Below, one piece after another: positions 23,201 to 35,245 of a DNA stretch of 64,000 bases; position 1 is the first letter of the stretch; the number at the start of each line of letters is the position of its first letter. Source of the stretch: Azolla caroliniana (lineage: Eukaryota; Plantae; Polypodiophyta). The stretch covers positions 14,260,001 to 14,324,000 of the forward strand of contig JBHGNT010000017.1 in the NCBI GenBank assembly GCA_043228905.1, written 5' to 3'. A program made the position numbers and the translations under genes. The notes beneath the pieces were generated by a model that saw only the letters and a program-made list of their open reading frames with translations, had not been told where the DNA came from and ran no database searches.

Positions 23201-23882
23201 TCGGAAAACGGACCGAGGGAGGTTTTACAGGTGGTGTAGACAACGACGGAAAGGTGGCGAGGAGCCGTCTGATGTCGTTGATACGCTCCGCCAGTGATAT
23301 CAGGTGCTGTGTGTTGCTGATGTGGGTGGTATCCCGCGGAGTAGTGAAGAGCGCGATCGCAATGTGATTTGGGAGGATGAGCTGTTGTGCGGAGAAATCG
23401 AGACAGGCTCGACTATGGAGGAACCAATCACATCCCAAGGTGATTGGGAACAACTGGCGCGGGAGGACGTAGAAACGATGGTGGATCTGGGCGAAACTAA
23501 TGGTGAGCATGCACCTGATTTGCTTATGTGAGTGGTACACCCGTTGTTGGTCGCCGAAGAGGATTTTAATGGGCGGTGCGTGGCTCGTAGGAAGTTGTAA
23601 TTGGGTCGTCATCTCCACCAAGATGTGAAATGCTCAAGATGTGAAATGCTCTCAAGAATAGCCCCCTTTTCATTATGTCTCAAGTTACATTTTATAGACT
23701 CTCTCTTAGCGTGGAGGGTGTTCTCCCGCTCCAATTAGCTCTACTAATTATGGGGCTTGGTGGGGGCCTAGTTTGGGTGTGGTGCATGAGGCTTGCTAGC
23801 GGCCTAATTTGGGTGTGGTCTATGTGTGGTGCATGGGGCTTGGTAGGGGCCTAATCTAGGTGTGGTCCATGTGACCACCACA
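20260..23882 (-). mobile_element. Ty3/Gypsy LTR retrotransposon, internally deleted (no gag)
   Basis: 259-bp LTRs at 20260-20518 and 23624-23882 (~7 differences), 4-bp TSD ATAT, PBS TGGTGGAGATG (tRNA-Ala), PPT AAGGGGGAAT. Confidence 0.93.
20541..23621 (-). pseudogene. Gypsy pol: C-terminal half of protease, RT, RNase H, integrase; in-frame stop at ~21105
   Basis: RFCVDFRQLN, YLDDIL, TDAS, GHLG..C..C, SDRGPQF, HPQTNGLMER, WIGPF. Confidence 0.9.
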
Positions 23883-23971
23883 ATATAAAGTCAACAAACT
23901 CATGGGTGTATAGACAAGAAAACATTAGAAACTTATATTATTAAATAGTCAATTAAATCTAATTTCATAGT

Positions 23972-24057
23972 CCGACCTTAGCTCAGTTGGTAGAGCGGAG
24001 GACTGTAGTGTAGGTATAGACATCCTTAGGGCGTTGGTTCGAATCCGACAGGTCGGA
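23972..24057 (+). tRNA. tRNA-Tyr(GTA) with intron; T47G only
   Basis: Full cloverleaf. Confidence 0.92.
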
Positions 24058-24569
24058 CTTAAATTTGCGAATACTTCACATTGCAACATGCATATAATTG
24101 GAATGGTGGGTCGATGAACAATGTCGTCAAAGATAACTTAATCAGTTTGATTTCAACATCCATGCACTGAAACATTTCAGGCTCTTTACATACCTATGTA
24201 TGTCGACCAACAAATTACAATGCATGTATACACACCTTTATGTCGAGGGTTTGTGTTTCACAAGTCTTTGGTTTAGCCTTATTTCATTGTTGTAGGTATA
24301 AATAGAGCATCACTTCGTATTCTAATATTGTATATATGATGATTAGTTGGTCTATTATTAGAAACTTTTAGAACTATGCTACTTGTATTTCTACGTTTTG
24401 CATATGATATCACTTCTTGGTCTACGGAAAATGTTATCACGCGATTATAAATCAACATTTGAAAGAAAAACAAAACGGTGAGATAAAGTCAACAAAGTCA
24501 TAAGTGCATAGACAAGGATACAATAGACAATTATAATATTACATAGTCAATTAAATCTAAATTCATAGT

Positions 24570-24655
24570 CCGACCTTATCTCAATTGGTAGAGCGGAGGA
24601 CTGTAGTGTATGCATAGACATCCTTAGGTCGTTGGTTCGAATCCGACATGTCGGA
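24570..24655 (+). tRNA. tRNA-Tyr(GTA) with intron, degenerate (G10T, G15A, G67T)
   Basis: Array copy. Confidence 0.8.
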
Positions 24656-25107
24656 CTTAAAATTGCGATTACAATGTCGTCAAAGATATTTGCATGTACA
24701 TGCACAGTAACAAATCAGGCTCTTTACATACCAATGTGGGTCGACGAACAAATAACAATGCATGTATACACACCCTTATGTCGAGGGTTTCTGTTTCACA
24801 TATCTTTGGCTTAGCCTTATTTCATTATTGTAGGAATAAATAGAACACTACTTCGTCTTCTAAGATTGTATATATGATGATTAGTCGGTCTATTATTAGA
24901 AACTTTTAGAACTATGTTACTTCTATCTCTACGTTTTGGATATAATATCACTTCTTGGTGTACAGAAAATGTTATCACGATATTATAAATCACCATTTGA
25001 AAGAAAAACAAAACGGTGATATAAAGTCAACAAACTCATAGGTGCATAGACAAGGAAACATTAGAAACTTATATTATTAAATAGTCAATTAAATCTAATT
25101 TCATAGT

Positions 25108-25193
25108 CCGACCTTAGCTCAGTTGGTAGAGCGGAGGACTGTAGTTTATGTATAGACATCGTTAGGCCGTTGGTTCGAATCCGACAGGTCGGA
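25108..25193 (+). tRNA. tRNA-Tyr(GTA) with intron; C41G, T47C
   Basis: Array copy, 524-bp unit. Confidence 0.83.
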
Positions 25194-25631
25194 CTTAAAT
25201 TTGCGAATACTTCACATTGCAACATGCACAGGAACATTTCAGGGTCTTTACATACCAATGTGGGTCGACCAACAAATAACAATGCATGTATATACACCTT
25301 TATGTCGAGGGTTTGTGTTTCACAAGTTATTGGTTTGGCCTTATTTCATTATTGTAGGTATAAATAGAACATCAGTTCGTATTCTAAGATTGAATATATG
25401 ATGATTAGGTGGTCTATTATTAGAAACTTTTAGAACTATGCTACTTGTATGTCTACGTTTTGCATATGATATCACTTCTTGGTCTACGGAAAATGTTATC
25501 ACGATAATATAAATAACTATTTGAAAGAAAAACAAAACGGTGATATAAAGTCAACAAAATTATAGGGGCATAGACAGGGAAACATTATAAAATTATAATA
25601 TTAAATAGTCAATTAAATCTAATTTCATAGT

Positions 25632-25717
25632 CCGACCTTAGCTCAGTTGGTAGAGCGGAGGACTGTAGTGTACGTATATGCATCCCTAGGGCGTTGGTTC
25701 GAATCCGACAGGTCGGA
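25632..25717 (+). tRNA. tRNA-Tyr(GTA) with intron; T42C, T47G
   Basis: Array copy. Confidence 0.83.
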
Positions 25718-26229
25718 CTTAAATTTTCGAATAGTTCACATTGCAACATGTATATAATTGGATTGGTGTGTCGATGAACAATGTCGTCAAAGATACATTA
25801 ATCAGTTTGATTTGAACGTACATGCACAGGAACATTTCAGGCTCTTTACATACCAATGTGGGTCGACCAACAAATAACAAAGCATGTATACACACCTTTA
25901 TGTCGAGGGTTTGTGTTTCACAAGTCTTTGGTTTAGCCTTATTTCATTGTTGTAGGTATCAATAGAACATTACTTCGTATTCTAATATTGTATATATTAT
26001 GATTAGTTGGTCTATTATTAGAAACTTTTAGAACTATGCTACTTTTATTTCTACGTTTTGCATATAATATCACTTCTAGGTCTACGTAAAATGTTATCAC
26101 GAGATTATAAATCAATATTTGAAAGAAAAACAAAACGGTGATATAAAGTCAATAAATTCATAGGTGCATAGATAAGGAAACATTAGAAAATTATAATATT
26201 AAATAGTGAATTAATTCTAAATTCATAGT

Positions 26230-26315
26230 CCGACCTTAGCTCAGTTGGTAGAGTGGAGGACTGTAGTGTACGTATATATATCGCTAGGGCGCTGGTTCGG
26301 ATCCGACAGGTCGGA
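26230..26315 (+). tRNA. tRNA-Tyr(GTA) with intron, degenerate
   Basis: Several stem mismatches. Confidence 0.75.
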
Positions 26316-26827
26316 CTTAAATTTGCAAATACTTCACATTGCCACATGCATATAATTGGATTGGTGGGTTGATGAACAATGTCGTTAAAGATACATAAAT
26401 TAGTTTGATTTCAACATACATGTAGAGAAAATTTTCAGGCTATTTACATACCTATGTGGGTCGATCAACAAATAACAATGCATGGATACACATCGTTATG
26501 TCGAGGGTTTGTGTTTCACAAGTCTTTGTTTTAGCCTTATTTCATTATTGTAGGTATCAATAGAACATCGCTTCGTATTTTGAGATTCTATATATGATGA
26601 TTAGTTGGTGTATTATTAGATACTTTTAGAACTATGGTAATTGTATTTCTACGTTTTGCATATTATATCAGTTTCTGTTCTACGGAAAATGTTATCATGA
26701 GATTATAAATAAGCATTTGAAAGAAAAACAAAACGGTGATATAAAGTCAACGAATTCATACGTGTATCGGCAAGGAAACAATAGAAAATGATAATATTAA
26801 GTAGTCAATTAAATCTAAATTCATAGT

Positions 26828-26913
26828 CCGACCTTAGCTTAGTTGGTAGAGCGGAGCACTGTAGTGTATGTATAGACATGCTTAGGTCGGTGGTTCGAAT
26901 TTGACAAGTCGGA
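26828..26913 (+). tRNA. tRNA-Tyr(GTA) with intron, degenerate terminal copy
   Basis: Damaged T arm; last recognisable gene of the array. Confidence 0.72.
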
Positions 26914-27985
26914 CTTAAATTTGGGTATGGTTTACATTGCAACATATATATAATGTGATTGGTGGGTTGATGAAGAATGTCTGTCAAAGATATATAAATC
27001 AGTTTGATTTGAATATACAAGCATAGAAATATTTGAGACTCTTTACATACCTATGTGGGTCCACGAACAAATAACAATATATGTATACACACCATTGAGT
27101 TGGTGAGAAAATTACAATGCATATATATATATATCCTTATGTCTAGGGATTGAGTTACAGAAGTCGTTGGTTCATCCTTATTTCATTACTGTAGGTATAA
27201 ATAGAACATCACTTCGTATTCTAAGATTGTATATATGATGATTAGTTGGTTCATTATTAGAAACTTTCGACAATATGCTAGTTGTATTTCTACATTGTGG
27301 ATATAATATCTCTTCTTGGTCTACATATATTGTTGAGATACAAGCTCAACATTGGGTGCGTAATATGACATGTAACTTAGTGCGTAGGCTGAACACGTAA
27401 GTTAGTACGCACAACATGGCCGTATCGGTGCGTAAACCAAAAGGCCATTGGAAAGTGATTCGTCGTACGGAATACTTTTGGGAGTGAGTGTCGTGGCTCA
27501 TTTATGAGTAGTCAAGTACTGCCATTACTTGTGTCAGCCCTATTGTCAAGGCCTATATAAAAGGTACTCAATGAGCACGGTGTATGTACAGAACAAAGAA
27601 TTATTTTGAATTTGATCTATTGTGTCTCTCTATCTCTGTCTCTCCCTCTCCCTCTCCATCTCTGTGTTTTCTGTGTTTTTGGGTTTACTGAACTTTGTAC
27701 TGTGCGTTTTACGCACACGCTTCCCCACTACGTGTTCTTTTACATGGTATTAGAGTGCAAGGGTTGAAGTCCTCTGCAACCGACAAGAAAAGCTTGCGTC
27801 AAAACAAAGTTGAAGGTGTTCTTTGTTTCTTCAGAAAAGGAAAAGACATCAGATATGAACATAGGTATGGGAAGCTTGCTATCGACTAAGAAGCTCGACA
27901 GGAGCAACTATGCATCTTGATCGTACAAGATGCACCAGTATATGCTCGGTCACGGCTACTACAGTTTGTTGGGAGACAGGTCCCT

Positions 27986-28235
27986 CCGGATGGTGCAGGC
28001 CCGGTATGAACCGGATGACGAGTACCCGGCTACAGAGAGCCGGATGGTGCAGGCCTGGTATGAACCGGATGAGGAGTACCCGGCTACGGAGAGCTGGATG
28101 GTGCAGGCCCGGTATGAACCGGATGAGGAGTACTTGGCTACGGAGAGTCAGATGGTGCAGGCCCGGTATGAACCGGATGAGGAATACCCGGTTACGGAGA
28201 GCCGGATGGTGCAGAACAGGTATGAACCGGAGGAA
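27986..28235 (+). repeat. 54-bp tandem repeat in LTR U3
   Basis: Unit CCGGATGGTGCAGGCCCGGTATGAACCGGATGAGGAGTACCCGGCTACGGAGAG, ~4.6 copies. Confidence 0.9.
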
Positions 28236-28718
28236 GAGACATATTCGTAAATATGTTTCTGAGAGCCCATTGTGGCTATATTTGTAAATAGCCGAAAAGT
28301 CATATTAGTATAAATATGACTTAGGGCAAACTAATATTATGTTATTGTTATTTTTCCTTGTTGGTGCAAGAAGAAGAGAGAGTGCATAACTGTACAGAGA
28401 GAGAGAGAGAGACGAGGTCGTTGCCTCTATTGTAACCGCCGCCTGTGGCGAAGATCGTGAGTCCGAGGTCGTTGCCTCCGTGAACTCACTGTTTTGTACA
28501 TTCATACATAGTGACAGTTTGCAGCCTGTGGGCTGCCGTGGTTTTTTCCCCTAGTTTGGGGTTTTCCACGTTAACCTCCTATGTATCTTTCTCCTCTTTG
28601 TGTCGTGTTCTATTTCCCATTTTCTGTGTATGAAAAGAATCTCGGTTGTGGCCGAGCGTTGCGCATAAGGAACGTCCAGTTCTCGTCAATTGGTATTAGA
28701 GCGAAATCGACACAGAAA

Positions 28719-31700
28719 ATGGACGAATCGTTTGGCGGCATGTTCAAGCTCATCGGCTCCAACTATTCAGTGTGGAAGTCGAAGATGAGGGACATGCTGG
28801 TTGTCAAAGACCTCTGGCTGCCGGTTCAGTTCGGGGACAAGAGACCGGACAAAATCGACGCCGCGATATGGGAGGTGATGCACATGAAGACAACGACGTA
28901 CATACGGTGCTTCATCGACATGAGCCTATACAACAACTTCAATGAAGAGAGCAAGGTTCATGAGCTCTGGGAGAAGATCGGCATAATGTTCCAGAACAAA
29001 AATGCTATCAATCAGGTGTCGGTATTCCGAAAGCTAGTAAGACTCCGATACCAAGATGGCTCTAGCATGGCGGAGCACATGAATACCTTCCAGGGGCTGA
29101 TCCACCAGGCAACGTCATTGGAAGTACCTCTTGCCGACGAGGTACTAGCGCTACTCCTGCTCGGTTCCCTCCCGGATAGCTGGGAGACATTGGTTGTCAC
29201 TTTGGGCAACGCCGGGCCGGAAGGAAAGCGGTTATCCCTAGCAAGAGTAAAGTCGAGCTTGCTAGATGAGGAGGCGCGTCGGAAAGACAAAGATACGAGC
29301 TCCGACTCCAAAGCGCTTCTTACCGAATCGGAACGTGGAAGACAGAGAAACCGTAGTCCCCAGAACTGGGAGAAGTCGGGGACACGGTCAAAGTCAAGAG
29401 GGAGGCCTACTTGCTTCTATTGCGGCAAGCCGGGACACTTCCAAAAGAACTGTCGGCATTTCCGTAAAGACAAAGAAACCGACGGTACCGATTCAAAGCA
29501 AACCCCAAACCGGAACGGTAAAGATCGGAGAGGGCCGGACCGGAAGGGAACGACGACGATCGCGGCAAGTGAAGAAGAGTTGATGCTCATCACCGAGGAG
29601 AGTGAAATAAACCTTACCGGCGACGAGATGACCTGGGTGGTAGACTCCGGAGCGTCGTTCCACCTTACCCTGGACCGGAAATGCTTCTCATCCTACTCAG
29701 CCGGTGACCACGGCTGTGTCCGGATGGGGAATGAAGGTACATGTCGAATTATCGGCATAGGAGACGTGTGGCTGTCAACACCAACCGGATGCAAGTTGCT
29801 GCCGAAGGATGTTCGACACGTTCCGGAGGTCCGTCTGAACCTGATATCAGCCGGTCGGCTAGATGATGAAGGCTACACGGGTAGCATCCGGAACAGGGTC
29901 ATGAGGTTCAGCAAAGGGAGCCTGATTGTGGCTCGGGCCCGGAAGGTAAACACACTGTACCTGATGAATGCCCGGTTATGTCCGGAAGAAGTGAACGTGG
30001 CATCCGACACTGCCGGTGAGCTGTGGCACAAGAGGCTGTGTCATATGAGCGAGAAGGGGATGAAGAGGCTTGCAGACGACAACCTCATTCCAGTGAAGAA
30101 CGTGCACTTAGAGAAGTGCACTGATTGTCTGGCCGGTAAGCAGAACCGGACCTCCTTCCGACTAAGGCCACTGATGAGACGTAATGCACCACTGGAGCTG
30201 GTGCATACGAATGTGTGTTAAGTAGACACGAAGTCACATGCCGGAGCGCAGTACGTCGTGACATTCATTGATCACCACAGCCGGAAGCTGTGGGCCACAC
30301 CATTGAAGACGAAGGATCAGGTGTTATCCGTCTTCAAAGAGCTCCACGCGAGAGTGGAAAGAGAAACCGGCCGGAAGCTGAAGGCGGTTCGAGCAGACAA
30401 CGGAGGAGAATACCGGGGGTAGTTCGAGGAGTACTGCCGCTCGAAGGGAATCCGGCTCGAATTTACCATGCCGAAGACGCCGGAACTAAACGAACTGGCC
30501 GAGAGGATGAACCAGACCATAATGGAGAGGGTCCAGAGTAGGCTAGTGCATGCAAAACTACCCAAGAAGTTTTGGGCTGAGGCACTGTCGACGGCGACAT
30601 ATGTGATAAATAGATCACCCTCAGTACCCTTGGACGGAGACACGCCAAAGAGAGTATGGACCAGTAAGGAAGTGTCCTACCGGCATCTGAGGGTGTTCGG
30701 GTGTCTCGCGTACGTGCATGTAGCAAGGGACCGGAGAGGAAAGTTAGATCCAAAGACCCGGCCATGCATATTCCTCGGTTACGGTGACGATGAGTTTGGC
30801 TACCGAGTGTGGGACCCGGTCGACAAGAAGGTATTCCGGAGTCGAGATATTATCTTCATGGAGGACAAGACGCTCGCCGACTGGGAGTCGGAGAAGAAGA
30901 TAATGAACTCTGAGTCGACCGGTAAGGATAGACTCTACGATGAGCAGACCCAACCGGCAAGAGACCGGTTAGCACTCGAGGAACCAGCCGGTTACGGTGA
31001 GGATACCGAACCGGTAGAAGAAGAATTAGAGGAAGCTGAAACCGGAACCGGCCAAAGACCCCGAATCGGATTCGGATGAAGAGCAAATGGAGGAGCCGAA
31101 GCCCGAAGACGGAGATATCCTCTCAGAGAGAGAAGGGACCCCGGAGATTTCCGGATGTAGAGCATGTTCTGCTGACCGATGAGGGGGAGCCGGAAAGCTT
31201 CGAAGAAGCGAAGGAGGACACCAACAACCGAAAATGGTTAAGTGCCATGTTGGATGAGATGGATTCCTTGCATGAGAACCATACGTACAAATTGGTGGAG
31301 CTGCCGAAAGGAAAGCGGGCACTCCGAAACAAGTGGGTGTACAAGTTGAAACCGGGAGATGCCGGCAACCCCCCGAGATACAAAGCCAGGATCGTGGTCA
31401 AGGGGTTCCAGCAGAAGAAGGGCGTGGACTTCGACGAGATATTTGCCCCGGTAGTAAAGATGACCTCCATCCGGACGGTGCTGAGTATAGCAGCAAGCAT
31501 GGACCTTGAGGTAGAGCAGCTGGACGTGAAGACGACATTCCTTCACGGTGACCTCGAAGAGGCGATCTACATGCAGCAACCGGAAGGATTCGTGGAGAAA
31601 GGGAAGGAGCACCTGGTATGCCGGTTGAAGAAGAGCCTGTACGGACTGAAGCAGGCTCCCCGGCAATGGTACCGGAAGTTCGACTCCTTCATGAACGATC

Positions 31701-31943
31701 AAGGGTACCACAAGACACAGGCCGATCACTGCGTATTTGTGAAGATGTTCGAAGGAGGCGACTTCTTAATACTCCTCCTATACGTGGATGACATGTTGAT
31801 CGTCAGACGTGACCAAGTAAAAATACGGATGCTGAAGAAGGCTCTCAACCGGACCTTCTCAATGAAAGACTTGGGTCCGGCAAGACAGATGCTGGGGATG
31901 CACATCATCCGTAACCGGAAAGCGAAGCAATTATGGCTGTCAC
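28719..31943 (+). pseudogene. Copia gag-pol (5' part) with stops and frameshift, interrupted in RT by Gypsy; continues at 41775-42590
   Basis: ORFs 28581-30221, 30468-31079 and 31076-31993 are homologous to 8243-12315. Confidence 0.9.
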
Positions 31944-32423
31944 TGTTACCGTCCGGCAAAGGAGTCCAGAGTGGGAAACGGAGAGCTAATTAAGTAGTAG
32001 GAATGTGGTTGTAATTAAGCTATGAGTGTGGATGGACGGACCGGAATCGGTATGCCGTTCCGGATCCGGACCGATCCCGAACAGGTGCGGATGGCACCGT
32101 TTTGTAATACAGACCGGAAACCTATTTAAAGGCCCGGATACAATGTAATAGTTAGCGGTTAATTAATGAAAGCTTAAGCGTTGTTATATCTCTGTCAATT
32201 GCCGTTCTGTCTTAATTGTATATCTTACGCGTGTTATGAAGACGATCCTAATAAGTAACTTAACTAAGTCGGATTAAGCGTTGAAGTCTAATCCGGTTGC
32301 CGTAACACCCTTTGGTGAAGTGTCTCACGTAGACACCCTGTGTTAGGCCATTGTCCGGCCCGAAGAGTTAACACAGTTTTTGGCGACCACGATTCCTGTT
32401 TTTGCAGCGAACGACGGCACGGA

Positions 32424-35239
32424 TGGATGTCGAGATCAATGCACGACCTGGTTATAGATCGAACTCGACGCCTTGCCGAAAGGCAAAGGAGACGCGAGGC
32501 CTTCCAGCAAGCGGCGCAGGAATTTAGAGCGGATCGCTCGTTTTCCAACGTAATTCGGAGAGTAGCGGAGGACTCCCACTGGTTACAGCAAACATCACTC
32601 CCGGACGACGGCAGCAGCCTAAGTAGCCTCCGGGAAACCGAATCCCTTCTCCACGCATTGGCAAACAGAGAAGGCGAAGCAGAGGCCTTTTCAGCATATG
32701 AATCAGACTCCGAAGGGGAATACAGCGTGCACACAAACTACCGTACAGCAACGAAACCCCAGGCGGACCGGAGGACGAAGGATCCGATACCTTACCGACA
32801 CCGGAAGTGCTAACGCTGGAAACCCTGGAACCAGCAGAAGAAGAACGACCTCCGACACCGGAAGTCGAGGAGGAGAGGCCTCTGTCACCAGCGGAAGAGA
32901 AACAACCGACACCGGAATCAAATCGGGAAAGACCACCGACACCGGAGAAAATTCCAGAACGAGCACCAACACTACCAGCCCGCGCACCGATACTGGATGA
33001 CGACATGCCGTTCCAGTACTCCAAGTATAGAGATGATCCGGACGCGGAAGCTCATGTGCACGCATTTGAACAGACATGGGAAGCCAACCATGTGTCCCAG
33101 CGACTGACACCGGAGGAAGAAGAACGCTCTAAGATAGCAGAGTTTGGCGTCACATTGGAGGGACCGACAGCAAGATGGCGTCGGACGCAGGACCCGTCTA
33201 CCATCAACACCTTTGTAGATTTAAAAGCTAAATTCATGCATTTTTTTCAAAAGGAGGTGGACCAGACCGTAATGGTAGGCTTATTTTATACTATCCGGCA
33301 GGAGGCAGGGGAGAGCATTCCCCAATTTGTCATCCGGTTTCAACGGATGCATAGTCAGCTTACCCGTGCACCCCCGGAGGAGGAATTACGGACGATATTC
33401 CTAAACGTGTTCCGGGAACCCCTACGCACGGTTTGCACGGTAATCGATTTCCATACAAGTACCATCGACCAAGTCATTGACCGGGTGAAAGAGATGGAAA
33501 AGACAAGCTCCTGGCTCACACTGGGCGTACTTCAACGGGCGTTACCGTCCGATGAAGACCTCTGGTTTCGGCAAGCAATACAGTGCACAACCTGCTTGAA
33601 TTCCGGACACTCGGCTCTAGAATGCACTATGAGGACGCAATGTGTAATCTGTTAGTCCAAGAGCCAGACGACGGATAGGTGCGAGTATAATCTGTTGACT
33701 CGGCAAGCATCGCCCGTCCGACAAATTGAGCCACGCAGCAACCGGGACGAAGAAGACGAACGCTGGCGGCGAATGGACCGTGACCGACCGGCACAGGATG
33801 TCCGGTATGGCGAGCGACGGGAAAATAATGTCCGGTACGGCGAGCGACGGGAAAATGATGTCCGGTACGGTGATCGGCGAGATAACTATGACCGGCATGA
33901 TCGGCACCAGGATTACAATAGACGATACGAACAGTACAACCGGGAGCACTCCCCCGGGTATCGTCAGCAACGGGAGGAATACGGCCGATATAACGGGCAA
34001 CCCTGTCAAGAGTACCGTAATAAGAAGAGCTTTAACAAAAAACGGCATTTTAAAAAAGGCGGCTACCCCCGGGACCCGGAACAAGGCGCTCCAAGTAGCC
34101 AACCGGTACAAAACCCCGTGCGTACCGTAGGACTTGCCCCGGGTACAACAGACAATGCCGAATCTAGCAATGCCCGGAAAGCCTACTGCTACTACTGCAA
34201 ACAGGAAGGCCATTATAGTAACCAATGCCCGGTGAAGAGCTATGAAAAATGACCGGCGGTAAATATGGTAGTCCCTGAGGTGGCAGACCTGCAGCAAGTG
34301 ACCACAAGATCGAAGGGCATGGCGAAAGAATGGGAGACGCAGGAGACCATCCGCAAACAAGCAATGGAATGGGTAAAGAAAGCAAACGAATAGAATGTCA
34401 CAGACTTACAGCAGCAAAAGGAGAACACTGCAGGGCTTGCCGGCGGTAGTCACTCCGAGAATGAGACATGGCAGGCGTTGCAAGAATGCCAGATTACGTT
34501 ACCACTAGGAAGACTCCTACAACTCGTGCCTAGATTCACGGAAGGACTGAAGACGGCCTTGACGGCAGGAGAACCATCATCGGTACCGGTACTCTTCTCG
34601 AAACCGGAGGAGGGACCAACAATGGTAGACACCAGCAGTCCGGTAATCACTGCCATTGTAAAAGGGAAAGAACTCCCCGGCACAGTTATAGACGAAGGCT
34701 CTGGGGTAAATGTAATAAGCCTCCGGACCTGTGAGGACCTAGGAATCCACGAGTGGGAGCCGTGTTCGTTCTGGTTGCGGATGGCCGATACAAGCTCAGT
34801 GCGGCCGACAGGATTAATACGGAAATTAGAAGTCACCGTCGGTGGGCATACATTTCACATCTCGGCCGTAGTGCTACAATTACAGGCACAAGGCGCATAC
34901 CCACTATTGCTGGGGCGGCCATGGTTGAAAATGGCACATATCAAACAGAATTGGCGAAAAAATATAATTACCTTCCGGCGAGGAAAAGCCAAGGTACGGG
35001 TACCAACACAGCCAAGGACGAGCACTGTCAAGGAATGTACACCGTTGTATGCGGAATGCGTCAACATGCTCGAAGGGTTAGCGGACGAAGAAGAAGCTCA
35101 ATACCTGCAGGAAAACCCGAAGATCATACCCCTCTTCGAAATTGACATTGCCGAAGCCGTAGCACCTTACTTACCGCAACCGGAAGAGGCGGAAGCAGAA
35201 CCGGATAAAGACACAATCCGGGAGTTACGGCAAGCGTAG
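32424..35239 (+). pseudogene. Gypsy gag (two zinc knuckles) and protease, with stops and frameshift
   Basis: CTTCLNSGHSALEC, CYYCKQEGHYSNQC, VIDEGSGVNVI, LLLGRPWL. Confidence 0.85.
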
Positions 35240-35245
35240 GAAGCG

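Larger units (their letters stand above)
1..27330 (+). repeat. Tandem array of intron-containing tRNA-Tyr genes in 538-bp (A) and 598-bp (B) units, interrupted by retroelements; remnants at 48284-48377 and inverted at ~51486-51540
   Basis: tRNA starts are spaced 538/598 bp apart (also 537, 536, 524). The AT-rich spacer is conserved and produces the recurrent 60/64-aa pseudo-ORFs in the ORF track. Confidence 0.97.

Noticed and set aside
143-27020. Recurrent 60-71 aa ORFs (MVRIRQVGLK..., MFFFQMVIY...)
   Set aside because: Artefacts of the tRNA repeat unit: they start at TTG inside the tRNA T arm or in AT-rich spacer and are broken by indels in some units.
1-27330. CRISPR-like or SINE interpretation of the periodic repeat
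   Set aside because: Spacers are homologous rather than unique, there are no cas genes, and the repeat is a full intron-containing tRNA gene without per-copy TSD or poly-A.
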